64,000 bases of DNA from Oikopleura dioica (Eukaryota; Animalia; Chordata), in assembly GCA_907165135.1 (NCBI GenBank), contig OU015567.1:13144001-13208000 (forward strand), in the 5' to 3' direction. The notes beneath the pieces were generated by a model. The model was not told where the DNA came from, did no database searches, and saw only the letters and a program-made list of their open reading frames with translations. Shown here piece after piece: positions 38,028 through 51,494 of this stretch. The first letter of the stretch is position 1, and each line of letters begins with the position of its first letter. The position numbers and the translations under genes were made by a program.

Positions 38028-40578
38028 ATTATTTTCAAACATCAACAAAAGCATGCTCAACGTCACGACGATAACTGAAACGACCACGACGACGACTACA
38101 ACGACGACGACTACTACCACCACGACAACAGAAGCTCCTCCAGAAGGGCCAACGATTGGAATTATTGGCGGCATTGGACTTTCAGGCCTGGGCTCGGCAA
38201 CCATGGAAAAGTTGAGTTAGGTTCTGAAAAGCTTCGATATAAAGCCGCGTAGCGGCTACTTTTCAGACGAAGCCGCAAAATGACCGCAGTATTACCATTT
38301 CAATCTATGTCTTCGCTTTGCGGCTTCGTTTTAAAAGCCGCTACGCGGCTTTCGATTTAGGCGTTTCAAAACCTGACTCAGGTTTCTCCACAGGTTGCCA
38401 AACCCATTTTCAGGCTGGTTTTGAGTTCTTTTTGTTTGAATTCTAGGATCGTAAGTCGGATTTTCTACGTGTCCAAGTTCACCCGAAAAGGTTCAAATTT
38501 ATTATTATAATTACAGCGGCTTAATTAATCGGGCTAGTTCCAAGTTCACGATTAGAAAGAAGAAAAAGCATGATGCTTCGCTTTATTATGAATCACGGTA
38601 ACGTGTTCCGCAGAGTGTAATTTGAAATTTCAAAAACCATCTGCAAGAGACATCAAAAATCACTCCATACGACAGGTGGGAGAACTTCACGACTACTGCT
38701 CACTTCTTCGCTGAAGAATATGCTCAGCTACCAGAGGAGAGGTATCATCATTGTAAAGGGGATCAAAATTGAACTCAATATAACTTTTTGTCAAGAAAAA
38801 AAATGCAAAATAATTTTTTTTCCTCGAATTCTTCTGCAATATTCAAGTTTCCTGTCGTAATGCCAGACAGAAAAATTGATTTTTCTTGACGCCTTTTTTT
38901 AATTATTGAGTTCAATATTCTTGATCTCCCGATGAAGTTCCGTAACGCTGTCTGGGTCCGTCTACGTCATGGGAGGCATTATTGGCAGGGCGACGAATCG
39001 ATACCAAAGGAAACCCGGGTTGAGAAAGCAAATTGACGGAGTAGTTTCACGCGTCAAATCTGACCGTTCCCATGCTGATTATCCGGGTAGACGCTTTTAT
39101 ATCCGTTTGCGAATTGCAGTGAATTTTTGATAAATTCTGCAATTTTTCCGTAAATAATGTTCTAGGGCCATTTTCCTTGTGTAGTTGTTTTTCTTGTGTT
39201 TTCGCAACCTGTCGCCAAGTGTACAAGGAAGCACCCAAGTGCGGACAAATTCCGTTCTGCGCCTAATTCCGAAGAAAAAGCTCTGGGTAGATGCGCACGA
39301 TATGATCAAGGAGAGGTACCGTAGCTCGAATATCCCAATCTCTTCAAAAATACGTAGATCGAATCACGTGTGCACCGCCTGGAATGGGTACATTTGGGCT
39401 TGTGGGCCGGAAACAAGCTGCGAAGTGATGAAGCCAGGGCATATTGGCTCCGCGCCCTGGCAACAAGCGCCGCCCATGTGGAGAATGCGTTCAAGATCAG
39501 GAACTTGTTTAGAAAGAATCTCTCCTTTATTGAAGAAAAGTTCTTCGAAGAAAAATGAATCCAAACTGTCCGTTCTGTTTGATAAACAAGTAACGAGCAA
39601 TGGTTGCTACGCCGAGCCGCGGAATAGTCGTCATCGGCGGATCTGGCACGCGTTCTGTTGAGCAAATTCCATCCCACGAACTATTTTGGGCGGAAGGGTA
39701 AATAATAAATTGCTTTTAAAGTTAAAAGTTCGAAATTAGAAGCTTAAATAATCCACTTTTTTACGCGCTCTCTCGAGTTTTTGCTTTGTTGGCAAAAAAG
39801 AAGTGAGGGTACGTTTTTAGACAGTAAAATTTGAGAAAAGTCAACATGTTCTTTTCAGACCAAGTTTGCCGTATGTTCTGGAAGATATGGCTGCCGTGGC
39901 GATTGGCGAGTCGATCTACCTTCTCGGCGGATGGATGTCGATTGGAGCCACGGATAATATTCTTATGCTATCGTAAGTCAATCTTCTTAGAATTTTTTAG
40001 AACCTATGGTCTTTCTCGGTCGCAAGGCGGTTCCGCTAGAATATAAAATTGATTGAAATTGTAACTATGGCGAAGCCGCTTTGCGGCTTCGTTATTAAAA
40101 AAAGCCGCTAGGCGGTTTTTCATTATAGCCTCTTCAGGAGCCTGACTCAGGTTTTCTACACAGGTTACCGAGCTCTGCTCTCGGCTAATTCAGTTTTTAG
40201 GGAGGGAGGAATTCGCTGGATGAAGATCGCAAAGCTCCAACGTGCCAGACATTGGTATGCAATTTTGTTGTTGAAGGATTATTTCTGATTTGCGGATCCG
40301 CAAGGGTTAAAAAAAGATGGAGATGATATTTTGCTAGGTTTGCATCGGTGCGCTATGGCAACGACCTGTGGTGCATTGGCGGCGAGTTGGACGGAACATC
40401 AGAAGTGTTCCATTCAGCTGACAATACTACTGAATTGCTACAGGAAGGGCGCGCGGATCTTGCAACGCGGACAGAAATGCAATTCCGCCTGCAATTCCGA
40501 TACACGGATTTTTCAGATTTTTTCCGGTCTTGGCTTTTTTTCGAAATTGAAGAATATTTTTTCTGTTTTTGCCTCTGA
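38028..40578 (+). CDS. Kelch-repeat beta-propeller protein with N-terminal poly-Thr stalk
   Basis: Repeated GG motifs (GSVYVMGG, GIVVIGG, ESIYLLGG, NDLWCIGG); poly-Thr run at about 38065-38130; both ends approximate. Confidence 0.7.
38214..38400. repeat. Palindrome-rich intronic repeat, copy 1
   Basis: AAGCCGCGTAGCGGCT / GCTTTGCGGCTTCG motifs then CCTGACTCAGGTTTCTCCACAGGTT; homologous to 40070-40170. Confidence 0.65.
40070..40170. repeat. Palindrome-rich intronic repeat, copy 2
   Basis: GCCGCTTTGCGGCTTCGTT...AAAAGCCGCTAGGCGG...CCTGACTCAGGTTTTCTACACAGGTT aligns with about 38315-38400. Confidence 0.65.
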
Positions 40579-41467
40579 TATCGCAAATTCTAAGTCCACC
40601 AGAATGATATCGAATGACCTCGGTTTTACAGTAGCATCGGAATTTGATCAAAATCGACCGAGGAATTAGTGAGAGCCCCCATTCAGAATGTGTTGATGCC
40701 CACGGTTACGATGTTACCGTTAGCCACAAAATCCAACCGCGGCAATTTGACCATGAGCCGAGAACAAGGAATTTTGTAGTGGTCGGTTTTTTCTAGCGCC
40801 CGTCCAAAGATCGAAGGTTACAAGCCAACTAAGGGCACTACTGCTGCCATTATTCCTGCTCATTAATTTTATTAAATCAAATTCTTCATCTAAATGCACT
40901 ACTGGTATCTCAAATCGAGATTCTCAATAAACTTGACTTTTCTACTTCCCATATCGTCTTTTTTTCAATCTTTCCCAGCGATTAACAGCAGAAAAGGCGT
41001 GCGCAATTGTCAATTGAGAATCCATGCTTTTCTTGCATGAAAGAAAGAGTCAAAAAAGAAGAATAAACAGGGCAAGATAATAAGTTCGTCTCCGACCCTG
41101 CTAGAAAGTACCGAAAACGTCAATATTTTCTCTTCAAGAAAGAGTCAGATTCACAAGAAAAGCATTTGACTCCCATTGATAGAGATAAAAGAAGAGCTTG
41201 ATAATCAATTTTCCTATTTGAAAAAGGAACAGATTCAATTTTAAATCAATTATTTGATGACTGAATGATCAGCTTAAACGATGAAATTTAAAAAGCCGCG
41301 CGCGGCTATCTTGATGACATTTAGCCGCGCTACGAATTTTTATTGAATAAAAGGGCGAAATGAGTAATTCTTACATGCCAAATTATTGGTCGAAATGTGC
41401 GCAGAGTTTAAAATCATCGATTCTATTTCTGGAACTAAAAGTTTTTTATCTGTAGAAAAGAGAGACA

Positions 41468-43735
41468 ATGAGCTTCTCGGAAGACAAGGACGACCATTTT
41501 ATGGAGAAGGAGAAAAATGTAATCGGAATGCCGGAAAAGGCGGAAGAGCCTGAGAAAAAGAGTCATTTATTGGCAATTTCTTTGGTACTTGGAATGGCGT
41601 TATTTAACGTTGCTGCGGAACAGGTCAATTTTTATAAAAAAGATTAATTTAAAACAGAAGCATTTTGAATTTCAACTTTTCGCTCTTCGGGGTATTACGT
41701 CAATTTCAAAAGAGGTCGTAAAGTTTCATTCGTCTGCTTTGTAAATTTGCTTTGGCTGGTTTAGGAACTTTCACCTTTGACCCCTAAAAAGTTCGTGAAA
41801 ATTCAAATTAGAACTGGAAAATTACAGTAAAAGGGGGATGAATGTACTCAATTAATAAATGAGCCAGCTAATGATTACAGATGAACTTTTGCTATGAAAT
41901 CATCCCGTATTTCGCCTCATCTTATCTGGAGCAGAAATTATCCATCTCCGTAAATTTTGACGTCAATATCGCTAATTTATCGGGGCGGTTTTATTACGCC
42001 CAATTATTTTAATTCTTGAGCCTGAGGAATAACCTCCATTATTAAAATTTGACTCATCCTACAGTGACTTTTAGACCTCAAAAACACTTGTGGCAGACTA
42101 TGACTTTCCGGCTCCTGTCTTTATACAGTACTTTTCGACCTCATGGATGGTCATTTGCGCACTCGTGTACTCGGCGGGTGTGTGGATTCAAAATTTACGC
42201 AGGAAGGGTTCAATTTGTAAAACTGAGTTTTTTTCCCAAGCGATCCACTCAAAATGGAATAGGCCAAATTTTCTACATGAACTTGACGTGAGTGAGAAAG
42301 TATTCATTTTTGAAACTGACAAAGAGGCTTTCCGTGGAGCGAAAACATCATCCCAAACTTGGAACCGATCGGTTTTACTCCTGGACATTCGATTGTCTTC
42401 AAATTACGCTTCTGCTTCTTGTTCATGTTGATTTATGTCGGCTGTAACGTGCTATACGTTGAAGGGCTGCGTTTTTTGCCAAACACCATGGACGGGCTAA
42501 AAACTCGGCAAATTATTTTGGGAAAAACTCCACCGCCGTCTTTCTAAACGACACCATTAAACATGCTCAAAAAATTAAGCTCGCGGACGCATTTAAGCTC
42601 CTAACAGAACTGCAAACAAAAATGCTATTTTTTTTCTCCACATTTTCGAAATTCTCTAAGTAGTCCAAAAAAGCACTTCTTCGATAATGGCGATGGATCC
42701 AGCGATTGTATTCATGTTTTCAATTTGCTTCCTTGAGAACTTCAAGATGGGCTGGAGGCGCAATCTTCTGCAGATTATTGCGAGTGCAATGGCTGTAACT
42801 GGAACTGTTCTTTTTGCTGTTGATGGGCAAAAAAGTGACGACTCGAATTTTTCAGGAAAAAGTCGTAATTTTTGATTCTTCTAGTTTGAAAACTTTTTTG
42901 CAAAAGCATATTTAGACTTTGAATAAAGAGGATGGAATCAACGATACCATTATTGGAATTCTTCTTATCTGCGGATCAGTGAGTTTATCTTCGACTTATA
43001 AGGTCGCCTTCGCCAAATGCTTTCCCTCCGACCTCGGAATCGGTCAAGTCAGCTGGTTCCTCGGAATTATTGGAGTTTTGAATGCTTTGTTCATTTGGCC
43101 GCTAGTTCTTGGTCTCTCTAAAGTTCGGCTATCTTAATAACGTGAACGGTCGGTATCACGTGTCTGTGCTCGTTACGAGTTTCTTATCCGCACGTTTGAA
43201 ACTGCACCTCATCAATGAGTCGTTAGATAGCCTAAGCGCAGCCGGAATAGAAGTGATTGATGCTGCCGATATCCCCTGGGACTTCCTCGCCCTCTCCGCC
43301 TTTCTAGGACTCTGCTTCAATCTTACACTCAATTTCGGCGTCGCCTACACTTATCTAAGAGTTTCAACTATTTTATCCAGCAGAAGTGTTTGCTAAAAAA
43401 TATCCAAAAGAAACTCGTTACAGCCACTTTATATGGCGATTGGGCAGGCTCTTGTCCCGCCTCTCAATTTTGTGGTGGACCTGATCTTCCGCGAGTTTGA
43501 CTTCAGCACGCTGCAAATTGTCGGATCCGTCGTCTCAGTTTCTGCCTTTTTAGTCGTCCTAATTCCAGTCGAGTCCAGGAAAACAGCAGGCAGGGGTCAA
43601 CTTTCTTTATTTTTTGATCAAACAATAGTATTTTAAGAGCATTCAATTGTTAAATTCAAGTGGCAAAATGACCCCAAAATAGATCCAGAAGACCTGATTG
43701 AAAACCGCGAAGACAAAAACTTCACGACTTTTTGA
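41468..43735 (+). CDS. SLC35F: SLC35F3/F4-like EamA/DMT transporter
   Basis: About 10 TM helices; DFPAPVFIQYFSTSW; STYKVAF; FLGIIGVLNALFIWP; NLTLNFGVAYTY..PLYMAIG; stop 43733-35. Confidence 0.82.
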
Positions 43736-45869
43736 CTTCCATCGCGATTCGCGAATAGATTTTAATTTACTTTAGAAGTTGATGCAACATCGACTTTGAT
43801 CTTATCCACTAGCCTTGTTCAATTCAATTAATTTATGCCGCAACAAAGTTCAAAACCTTGCTGGTGCTTTTAAATAAACAGCCAAAATTAGTGTTTGGTG
43901 GTGCAACGTTGACGATTTAATTCTGATGATAAGGACATTGATAAGAACTTATCGACGCGTCAGGGTCAACCGCTGGGTGACCGGTAACCAAACACGTGAC
44001 AGCGGATCTAAAATGAGCAGGACAGATTTATTTAGCACAGGATTTGAGGATTGAGCGATTAAATTGAGCGGAATATTGAGGTTAACTCCTTACAGCGGAC
44101 AAATTTAACTTTTTCGATTATTGTCATAAAAGGCTAGACCTTCACTAACCCAGACATTAGCGACTGTATTTTCTAGCAGACATCATTTATCAGTCTAGAC
44201 ACAATTTGTGATGCACTGATTTCTCCACCGGAAATAACTTTTTTTGGAGAATCGATCAGAACTAGGTTGCTCTTGTGCTAGAGAAGACATTGCTAATTAT
44301 TCGTCTTCTGTTTTCGCACGTTATCTTGCAAGTGTAAGTATCCACATCTTCAGAAAAAAGGGAGTGCGAGAGTGCAAAGCCTGACCCTGACGTTCCAGAG
44401 GTCTTTCATAAATTATGGAAATCCTCCAAAAAGGGGAAATTCCGCTACGTTTGCCTCTTTCCACCACTCACGTCTAAAAATCGCAACGAAAATTTAAAAA
44501 TTCGGAAAATCGCAAATTGAATGACGCAATTTCATTTTAATAAAATAATGATATAAAACGCCGAAACGACAACAATTCAAGACAGTCGGCAAAACAAAAT
44601 TAGTACCCAAAATTATGAATTAAAATTTTAGATTGACGCAGAATAGCTCTGATTAGCATTTTCTCTATCGGTTCCAGTGCTCCGACACCTAATCTTTTCA
44701 GAGATTGACGTAAGGAAAATTGTCGCTAGAGTCATTTTCCACAGCTTTTAAAACGCTCAGGCTGTGAAGCGTTTCCATCATAACTCGAGTGAAACTACTC
44801 TCTACTCGACATTTTATTTAAAACTCTTTATTTAAAAAACAATGACCGAAGATCCACAAAAAACACCAGTACCATCCAGCAGCTGCTTGCTTGTTTCAGT
44901 CAACCACGAGCGATTCCAGAGCACCAGATTTTGCAAGAACATTCAACACTGCAAGAGACGACTTTCTGGGAAGATAATTGAAGTTTCGAAGAAAAATTTG
45001 AGGAAATCGAGAAGAAGAAAAATCGGCCTCGTTTTTATGGGATGCATTTCTGTTGATTGTCACGATTAACTGGGAAAAAGCATCCTTTTCTTTATTTATG
45101 TTTCTGTCAAAAATCATTAAATTTATGTTCATGAGCTCGAACTTTCGTTCAATAAACCGGAGAAAATTGAAATAAAAAATCGACCTGTAGGAAATGAAAA
45201 AGCACTTGAAAGTGATGAGTGCACGTTCCAACGGAAGTTCCTGGATTATTCGACTCGAATTTCTGCACGTTCCAAAGAATTACATCAAAATAAGCTTTGA
45301 ACTTTTTAATTTGCGAGAAAATCAGCCTGCAAGAAAGAAACACAGGGAGTTTAATTGTTCTTCGAAAGTATATTACAGTTAGATACCACACAATTAGCTA
45401 TGTACAATTTACAAAAGCTTCATTTTAGGATTCTTTTCTTTTTTAGCAAAACTCAAATCATCTGGGCAGTTAATGCAGCTTGAGGGCGAAAATGTCCACC
45501 CAAAGCTTGGAAAATAAATATTGATGATCTTCTTTTTCAAAATTATCTTTTGGTAGTTTATCATTTTTAACAAAAGATGCTCTAGTTCTCAGGAACGGCC
45601 TTATACTGAGCGATCTTCTTGGGCTTCTTTATAAAATTTACATTATTTCGTATCATACTATTCAAGCATAATTATTGAAGCAATAATTATGATTTTTATT
45701 CTAGTGATTTAAAAACAGGCAAAGCGGATTTATGCCCATTAAAAATCGGACTAAAATATAAGCAAAAAAGCTAAAAAGTTATCTAGGGGGCGTTAAAGTT
45801 GAAGGATATTTACAGGAAGAGGACAGTAACGTTTGTTCAACATTAGTTCTTTGCAAGTATTAGGCATTT

Positions 45870-48800
45870 TTAGCACTCGAGCGATTTGTTCCAGGCACAG
45901 ACGGCAGTTTTTGGATTGCAGTTGCACTTCAGCTGCTTCTGCAATTTCGACGAGTCACTTGCACATGTGACACTCTTGCATTTACCAGCCTAAATGAATT
46001 GATGCTTTTTCAACTCTCTTTTTGAGTAAATATCTTACCCTCGGAGCGTAGAAAATCTTTCCAGCGAGGCTCATACTCCTCGAAGACTCGACACGGTCGA
46101 TCACCTTCTTGCTAACTGGCTTGATGCAGCTTGAATCGTCCCAGCCGATTGGCATCTCGCAGCCTATTGTTAAAATGATAAGAAATCAAAATGAAAGAAG
46201 ATAGAAAGGGGAAGGATTTGATACCAATAGGACAAATCGGGGGCGATTTGCTCCAGTCGCAACTGCCATTTTTGCAAACGCAAGTTGTCTTCGATGCATT
46301 TGGCTTCCATAAAAATCCGTAGAATGCCTGGTTTTGGTTCTTAAATTACCGCAAAAAAGATGCTTTCCAGAAAAGCTCGTACTTGAAAAAATTGAATCTG
46401 AACCATTCCTTGTCGCAGAAAATTCTTCCACACTGAGTCCCTTCTGGATAAAATCCGTTCTTGATGACGGCCTTCTTCTTATTTGCGCCCTTGCATAGAC
46501 CGTATTTATACTGTGCTTCAATTTTGCAACCAGCAGCTTGTGCTTCTTCCACCGCTGCTTTGGGGCAATCTGAAATAAAATAATTTTAGACGATTGAACT
46601 TAAGAAGACCCTTGTCTATGAATAATCCCGAGATTAGGATCGAGCTTACCTTGATTAGAACACTGCTGGCTTTGTTGAGCAGTTCCTTGACAAGTTTCGC
46701 CATCCGGGCAGGATCGTGTACGCGTTTGTTGTCCCTCTCCGCAGCTAGCGCTGAATAAAGCGTTTTAGAAACTTGGTTAGTTTCGTTTTCGAGGATTAAT
46801 AGAATCAAAGAATCGGAGCTCTTGTTCAGTTCTTGCCGTAAGTACTCGGGAAAAGTAAAATAAACAGATATTTGAGGATGTTACCAGAGCATGTTTAATT
46901 TACTTATTTATGTCTCCTTTCGAAGACTACAGTGGTGAATCCTCGATTGGGAAGGACGCGCTGAATCCTCGATTGGGAAGCGGCAGCGCATATAGCAAGC
47001 CAATCTCTAGAGAAGTGCGGTGCGGACCGAATCCTCGATTGGGAAGCGGCAAGTCAAAGTGACCTTCCCAATCGAGGATTCACCACTGTACTTTAATCAG
47101 GTCGCGGAAAATCGACAAAAATTAGCATATTAGCTTGAACTTTTCTCTATTCTAAAAACTCGCGCGTGCCTACTTTCCATTTCAAAGCTCCGTAAAAGCG
47201 AAAAAAACGCGCTGTTACCTGCACTGAGTCCAAGCTGTCCAGTCCGCCCAGCCAAGTGCGACCGGGCATTCTTCTTCACCGCAGCTTCTCGATTCGGCTG
47301 TAATGAACTTACGACACTGAGGCTTTCTTCCAGAGCAGGATCGGCTCCGTTCTTGGGTTCCTCCTCCACAACTGACGCTGCAAGAACTCCACGAAGTCCA
47401 AGAACCGAGCATGCTTGCCGCTGCCGTTGGTTTTTTCACATTATTGGCTGAAATAAAAAAGTAAGTTAAGAACAATCAAGATTCTTTTTTTTAACTTACC
47501 ACAAGCTTTCTCTGTGCACGTTTCCATTTCAGCGGCATCTGCAGCTGGGCATTCCGAACTTCCGATACTTGCGTAAAGGCAGCCTCTGGATCGTGCTCGG
47601 TGGCCTTGACCGCAGGTGCTCGAGCATGGGGACCAGATTCCCCAGCCACTCCAGCTAGGGCAAGGAAGACCTCCGCAGAATTGGAAATCTTGCTCGTCCT
47701 TCTTTGGGCAACTAGAACTTCCTACCTGTGCGCCCTCGCATTCCCGTGTTCGACGCTAAGAAAAGTTGATTATCTAAGCTATTCTGTTGAGCGCGCGTTT
47801 ATTATCATAGAACTTTGATTCCTGCGTAAAAATCAAAAGTGTTCAAGTATTCCAAGTAGGCCTACCTGTTGTCCGTGGCCGCAAGTTTTGCTACATCCTT
47901 CCCAAGCGCCCCAATTCGCCCAGCCAGGGCAAGTGTGCGTGTTACACTGTTCAGTTTCAATATTATCAAAACGGGAGCACGAGCCTTGCCCGATAAAACC
48001 TCCATCGCAGAGTCTATTTCTCCTGCGCATTCCGGCGCCACAAGAGCGTGAACAACCGCTCCAGGCTCCCCACCCGCCCCAGGCGATGCTAGATACTTCC
48101 TTTGCGCCAGGGGCGGAAACGGCCTCTGGCTCGAATCCGAGGCAGTTGCAGGATTCGGACTCGACGTTCTGTCCTTCGGGGCAGCCTACCGCGTAACCAG
48201 CCTGGCCTCCTTTGCAAAATCTGAGTCGCTTTCTTGAACAGTTGCCGCGGCGGTCAGCTTGACAGGAATCCCATTCAGACCATTCACCAAATCTGAAAAA
48301 TTAAATTACCGAAAGATTAACTCCCAGACTCCGCCGACGTGTTATTTCAGCACGCAGCGAATTAGGGGATAAACTCAATTATCTCTTCTCTTTATTCCCT
48401 TATGCTAAAAACTATTGACCGAGAATCTATGGAACTATTGTCTGTCTGGGAGTCAATGTTGTGGCCAAAATTGTTGTTTTAGAATAACAGGTAGTTCCGC
48501 TTTTTCTCGCTCAAAATTGCAATTTTCACCCCAGAAACCACAATTCTCCTTATTTTCTCACCTCGGTGCATTAGCACAGCTTGCCCAGGCCCACTTCCAA
48601 GCACCAGACATTGAACTTCTTATGTGCATATCTTGCGGGCAGAGTTGCTGCTCGAAACTGTAGCCGTTGACCTGGAGCGTGTTGATTTGATCGCTTATAA
48701 GCCAGAAGTTATCCGTTGCTGTCGAGTAGTAGTACAGGAAATACTCGCGTCCGGGCCCTTCAAGTTCGTAGATTGGTCGATCATTTAGAGATCGTCCTTC

Positions 48801-49385
48801 TAATCGAGCGAATACTTTGCCTTGCACAGGGTTAGAAAATGTATGCATCGTTCACGTTTGATTAAAGACTACCATGCAATCACGAAAAGATAATGTGACG
48901 AGATTCGACTAGAAAATAGATACTTTCAGCCACTTTTCTGCTTAGCTTTTCATTCAGCAGACTAGGCCATCTGTAGCAAGTTACGATTGCGCACTTTTAC
49001 AAATTGGTTGTTTCGAGTAGCTCCCGTGATAAAGAACCATTACTCAAACACGAGTGCTTTTGATAATAAATTGGAACACCTCCGAAAAGTGCTTTTCCAA
49101 GTGGCTGCTACGTAGAGTTCGCGAAACAATTCTTTTTTTTTTGACCTAAATGCGAAAATTTAACCCTTATCCTTCAATTTCGACGCGGTCGCAGCAAACT
49201 TTCTCGACGCAGCCGGCTTCGTCGGATCCATCAGCGCAGTCGACCAATCCGTCGCACACCTAATCAAATATTTTAGAATTTGGCTGGTTGAAGACAGTCA
49301 TTAACATCTCGCGTGGTTGCGGCACTGTAACAAGCAGCAATTTCCTGAGATGAACACGCGTCTTAGGTAAAAAGTAAGTATTCAT
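45870..49385 (-). CDS. Extracellular LDLa plus multiple thrombospondin type-1 repeat protein with Cys-rich C-terminus
   Basis: CDGLVDCADGSDEAGC; several WTSWSSCSVSCGGGTQERSRSC / WGAWSGCSRSCGAG / WGAWEGCSKTCGHG repeats; stop at 45870-72; 5' end tentative. Confidence 0.75.
46930..47088. mobile_element. 159-bp MITE (family A), TA TSD
   Basis: TA|CAGTGGTGAATCCTCGATTGGGAAG...CTTCCCAATCGAGGATTCACCACTG|TA, perfect 25-bp TIR; two more internal AATCCTCGATTGGGAAG copies. Confidence 0.9.
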
Positions 49386-49566
49386 GGCGAAAATTTACAC
49401 AGTACAAAAACAGTAGCTTTTTAAGTTATCTGAGCGAGCTTGGGGACTGTCGACATCTATTTACAGTGCCAGTCAACAGTAAACGAAATTTTAATATTTG
49501 CGATTCAGCTTTTGCTTCTTTCTCTTTCCCTCTTTTGGTTTCTCTGACTACCACTCATAAAAACTC

Positions 49567-50795
49567 ATGGCGGAGAAAGAGAAATTTCTTGATCCTAATT
49601 TGGATCCTTTTACTTCAATTAGAACAAGAACGTAAGAAAACGGATTGATGATTAAAATTATATATCTAGTGCTGCCGAGGAAATTGTGAAAGATCAAAAT
49701 CAGTGTGTTAAAGATTTGAAGGATCTAACCGAATGCCAAATTGAGATTGAAAACATTAAAAAATCTAGGTCAAGAAAAAAACACGAAGCGAAGGAGGCAA
49801 AAAGTTTGTGAATTTCGAACTTTTTTAGCTAAAATGTTATAAGATGCAAGAGAAAGATTTGAAAAAGAATGCGAAAGACTGGAAGGCGAGAAGAATGAAT
49901 TACAGAGAAAAATTACAGAGATTAATCTTAATCTTGATCTTGAAAAAATTGAAGTTGCGAAATGCTAAGGTTCTTCACTATTCATTTGTTTTAATAATGC
50001 TTTGCTATATCTGAGTGAAGTGATAAGACATACAAGAAACTTCAAGACCGAATCAAAGAAGATGACATCAAGCTTGAACGATATGAGGAAACAAAAAGAA
50101 AAATCACAGAAAGAGCATTTCGTGGACGTAAATGTGCTCTTTGCATGAAGTCTTTCTCAGAGAGTGTTCAAGAAGCTTGTATTCGAGTAAATATCAATTA
50201 ACTTCTCAAAACACGGGCGCGCTACTATACCCTCAAAACACGGGGTCCAATAATTGGACCACAATGCATTATGCAGCCCCGCGCGGCGCGCCAAATTCAT
50301 AGTGTGAAAAATAGCGCTCAGAACTTTTGGCTCTAATTGACGTTTCCATTGAGTAAAAAAGATTATAAATATATTGTTAGAGAGCTTGAACCCTCTTCTA
50401 TAATAATTTACAATTGTAAATCGAAAAATCCGTTTCGATATTCCACCAGAGAGCGAAAGAGAAATATGGCGCAAAACGCCACCACTTTTGAGTTTTCATT
50501 CGAAACTTCACAGAGTGGTTCGTTTTCGTCCTATCAGCTCACATTACAAAATTCAGGTCAAACAGATTACTAGAACGGGAAATACAGGGGGTAAAAGTCG
50601 CCGTGGTCCAATGATTGGACCACGTGCCTTGAGAAGTTAACAAGAATACGTAAACTTTAGCTTGAAGTTAAGTGCGGTCATCGATTTTGTGAAAGCTGCT
50701 TGCAGAATAAATCTCAGCAAAATCTAGATAAAAGCGAAAAATGCCCAACATGCGGCAAAAAATTTAAGAAGGAGGACATTCGACGTCTCTTGTGA
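49567..50795 (+). CDS. Coiled-coil protein with C-terminal C3HC4 RING finger (BRE1-like RING ending)
   Basis: Glu/Lys-rich heptad exons; KCALCMK...|...KCGHRFCESCL...KCPTCGKKFKKEDIRRLL*. Confidence 0.72.
50202..50636. mobile_element. 435-bp non-autonomous element with TTAA TSD (piggyBac-like) in the RING-splitting intron
   Basis: TTAA|CTTCTCAAAACACG...CGTGCCTTGAGAAG|TTAA; subterminal palindromes GGTCCAATAATTGGACC and GTGGTCCAATGATTGGACCAC. Confidence 0.8.
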
Positions 50796-51494
50796 TCAAC
50801 AAGCTGGAATATTGAATACTTTTCTTTTTGAAAAAAATAAATTCACTTTCTTTTTACTTTATCATAAAAATTCTTCGCGGAACAGACTTTGATAACGATC
50901 ACGAAATAATATTATAATAATGATATTCTCTCGAATGGGACTTGAAGTGATCTAAGCTGGATTTGAACTAACCTTGTTGACGTAAGTGTGTCCAACGCCG
51001 CTTCGGCATTGCCACTTGCCGCCCATGCACTCGTAGCCCATTCCACCGCAGTTGTAGATTTCGCAGATTTGGAGAGCATCGTTTTGGGAAAATCGGTTTC
51101 GCTGGACGACGACGGGCTTTCCGGATTCTCGGTGAACAACTGTTGGTTCTCCATTCACCGAAAAAGCGTAACCACCTTATAAAAAATCGTTAATATTAGT
51201 CTTCCGATTTCGTGGATGTCCTTGTTACGGAAGTTTATGTATCAAAAATTCATCGCTTAGAGATAATCTGGGATAAAATACGCGGCTTCCGTCCTTTCGA
51301 AATAATGAAAAAACGTGCGTGCGTTCGCCCTTCCTGAAATTCAAAAGCATGTCAGAAAAGCGTACATAAACTCGCCACGGAAAGTTAAAGGGCCAACCTC
51401 TCTAAGTGAAATTGTTTTTTTTTTTCGAGCAACGTCCTCAAAAAAAGTCTCATTCTTCCACTGCTTACCGTAATGCATGACAGATTGGAAATCG

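Noticed and set aside
44842-45070. Small ORFs, including an in-frame TGA suggesting selenocysteine
   Set aside because: No recognisable selenoprotein motif or SECIS; frame ambiguous.
50952-51182. Separate SRCR-like gene
   Set aside because: It is the downstream exon of the interrupted astacin.
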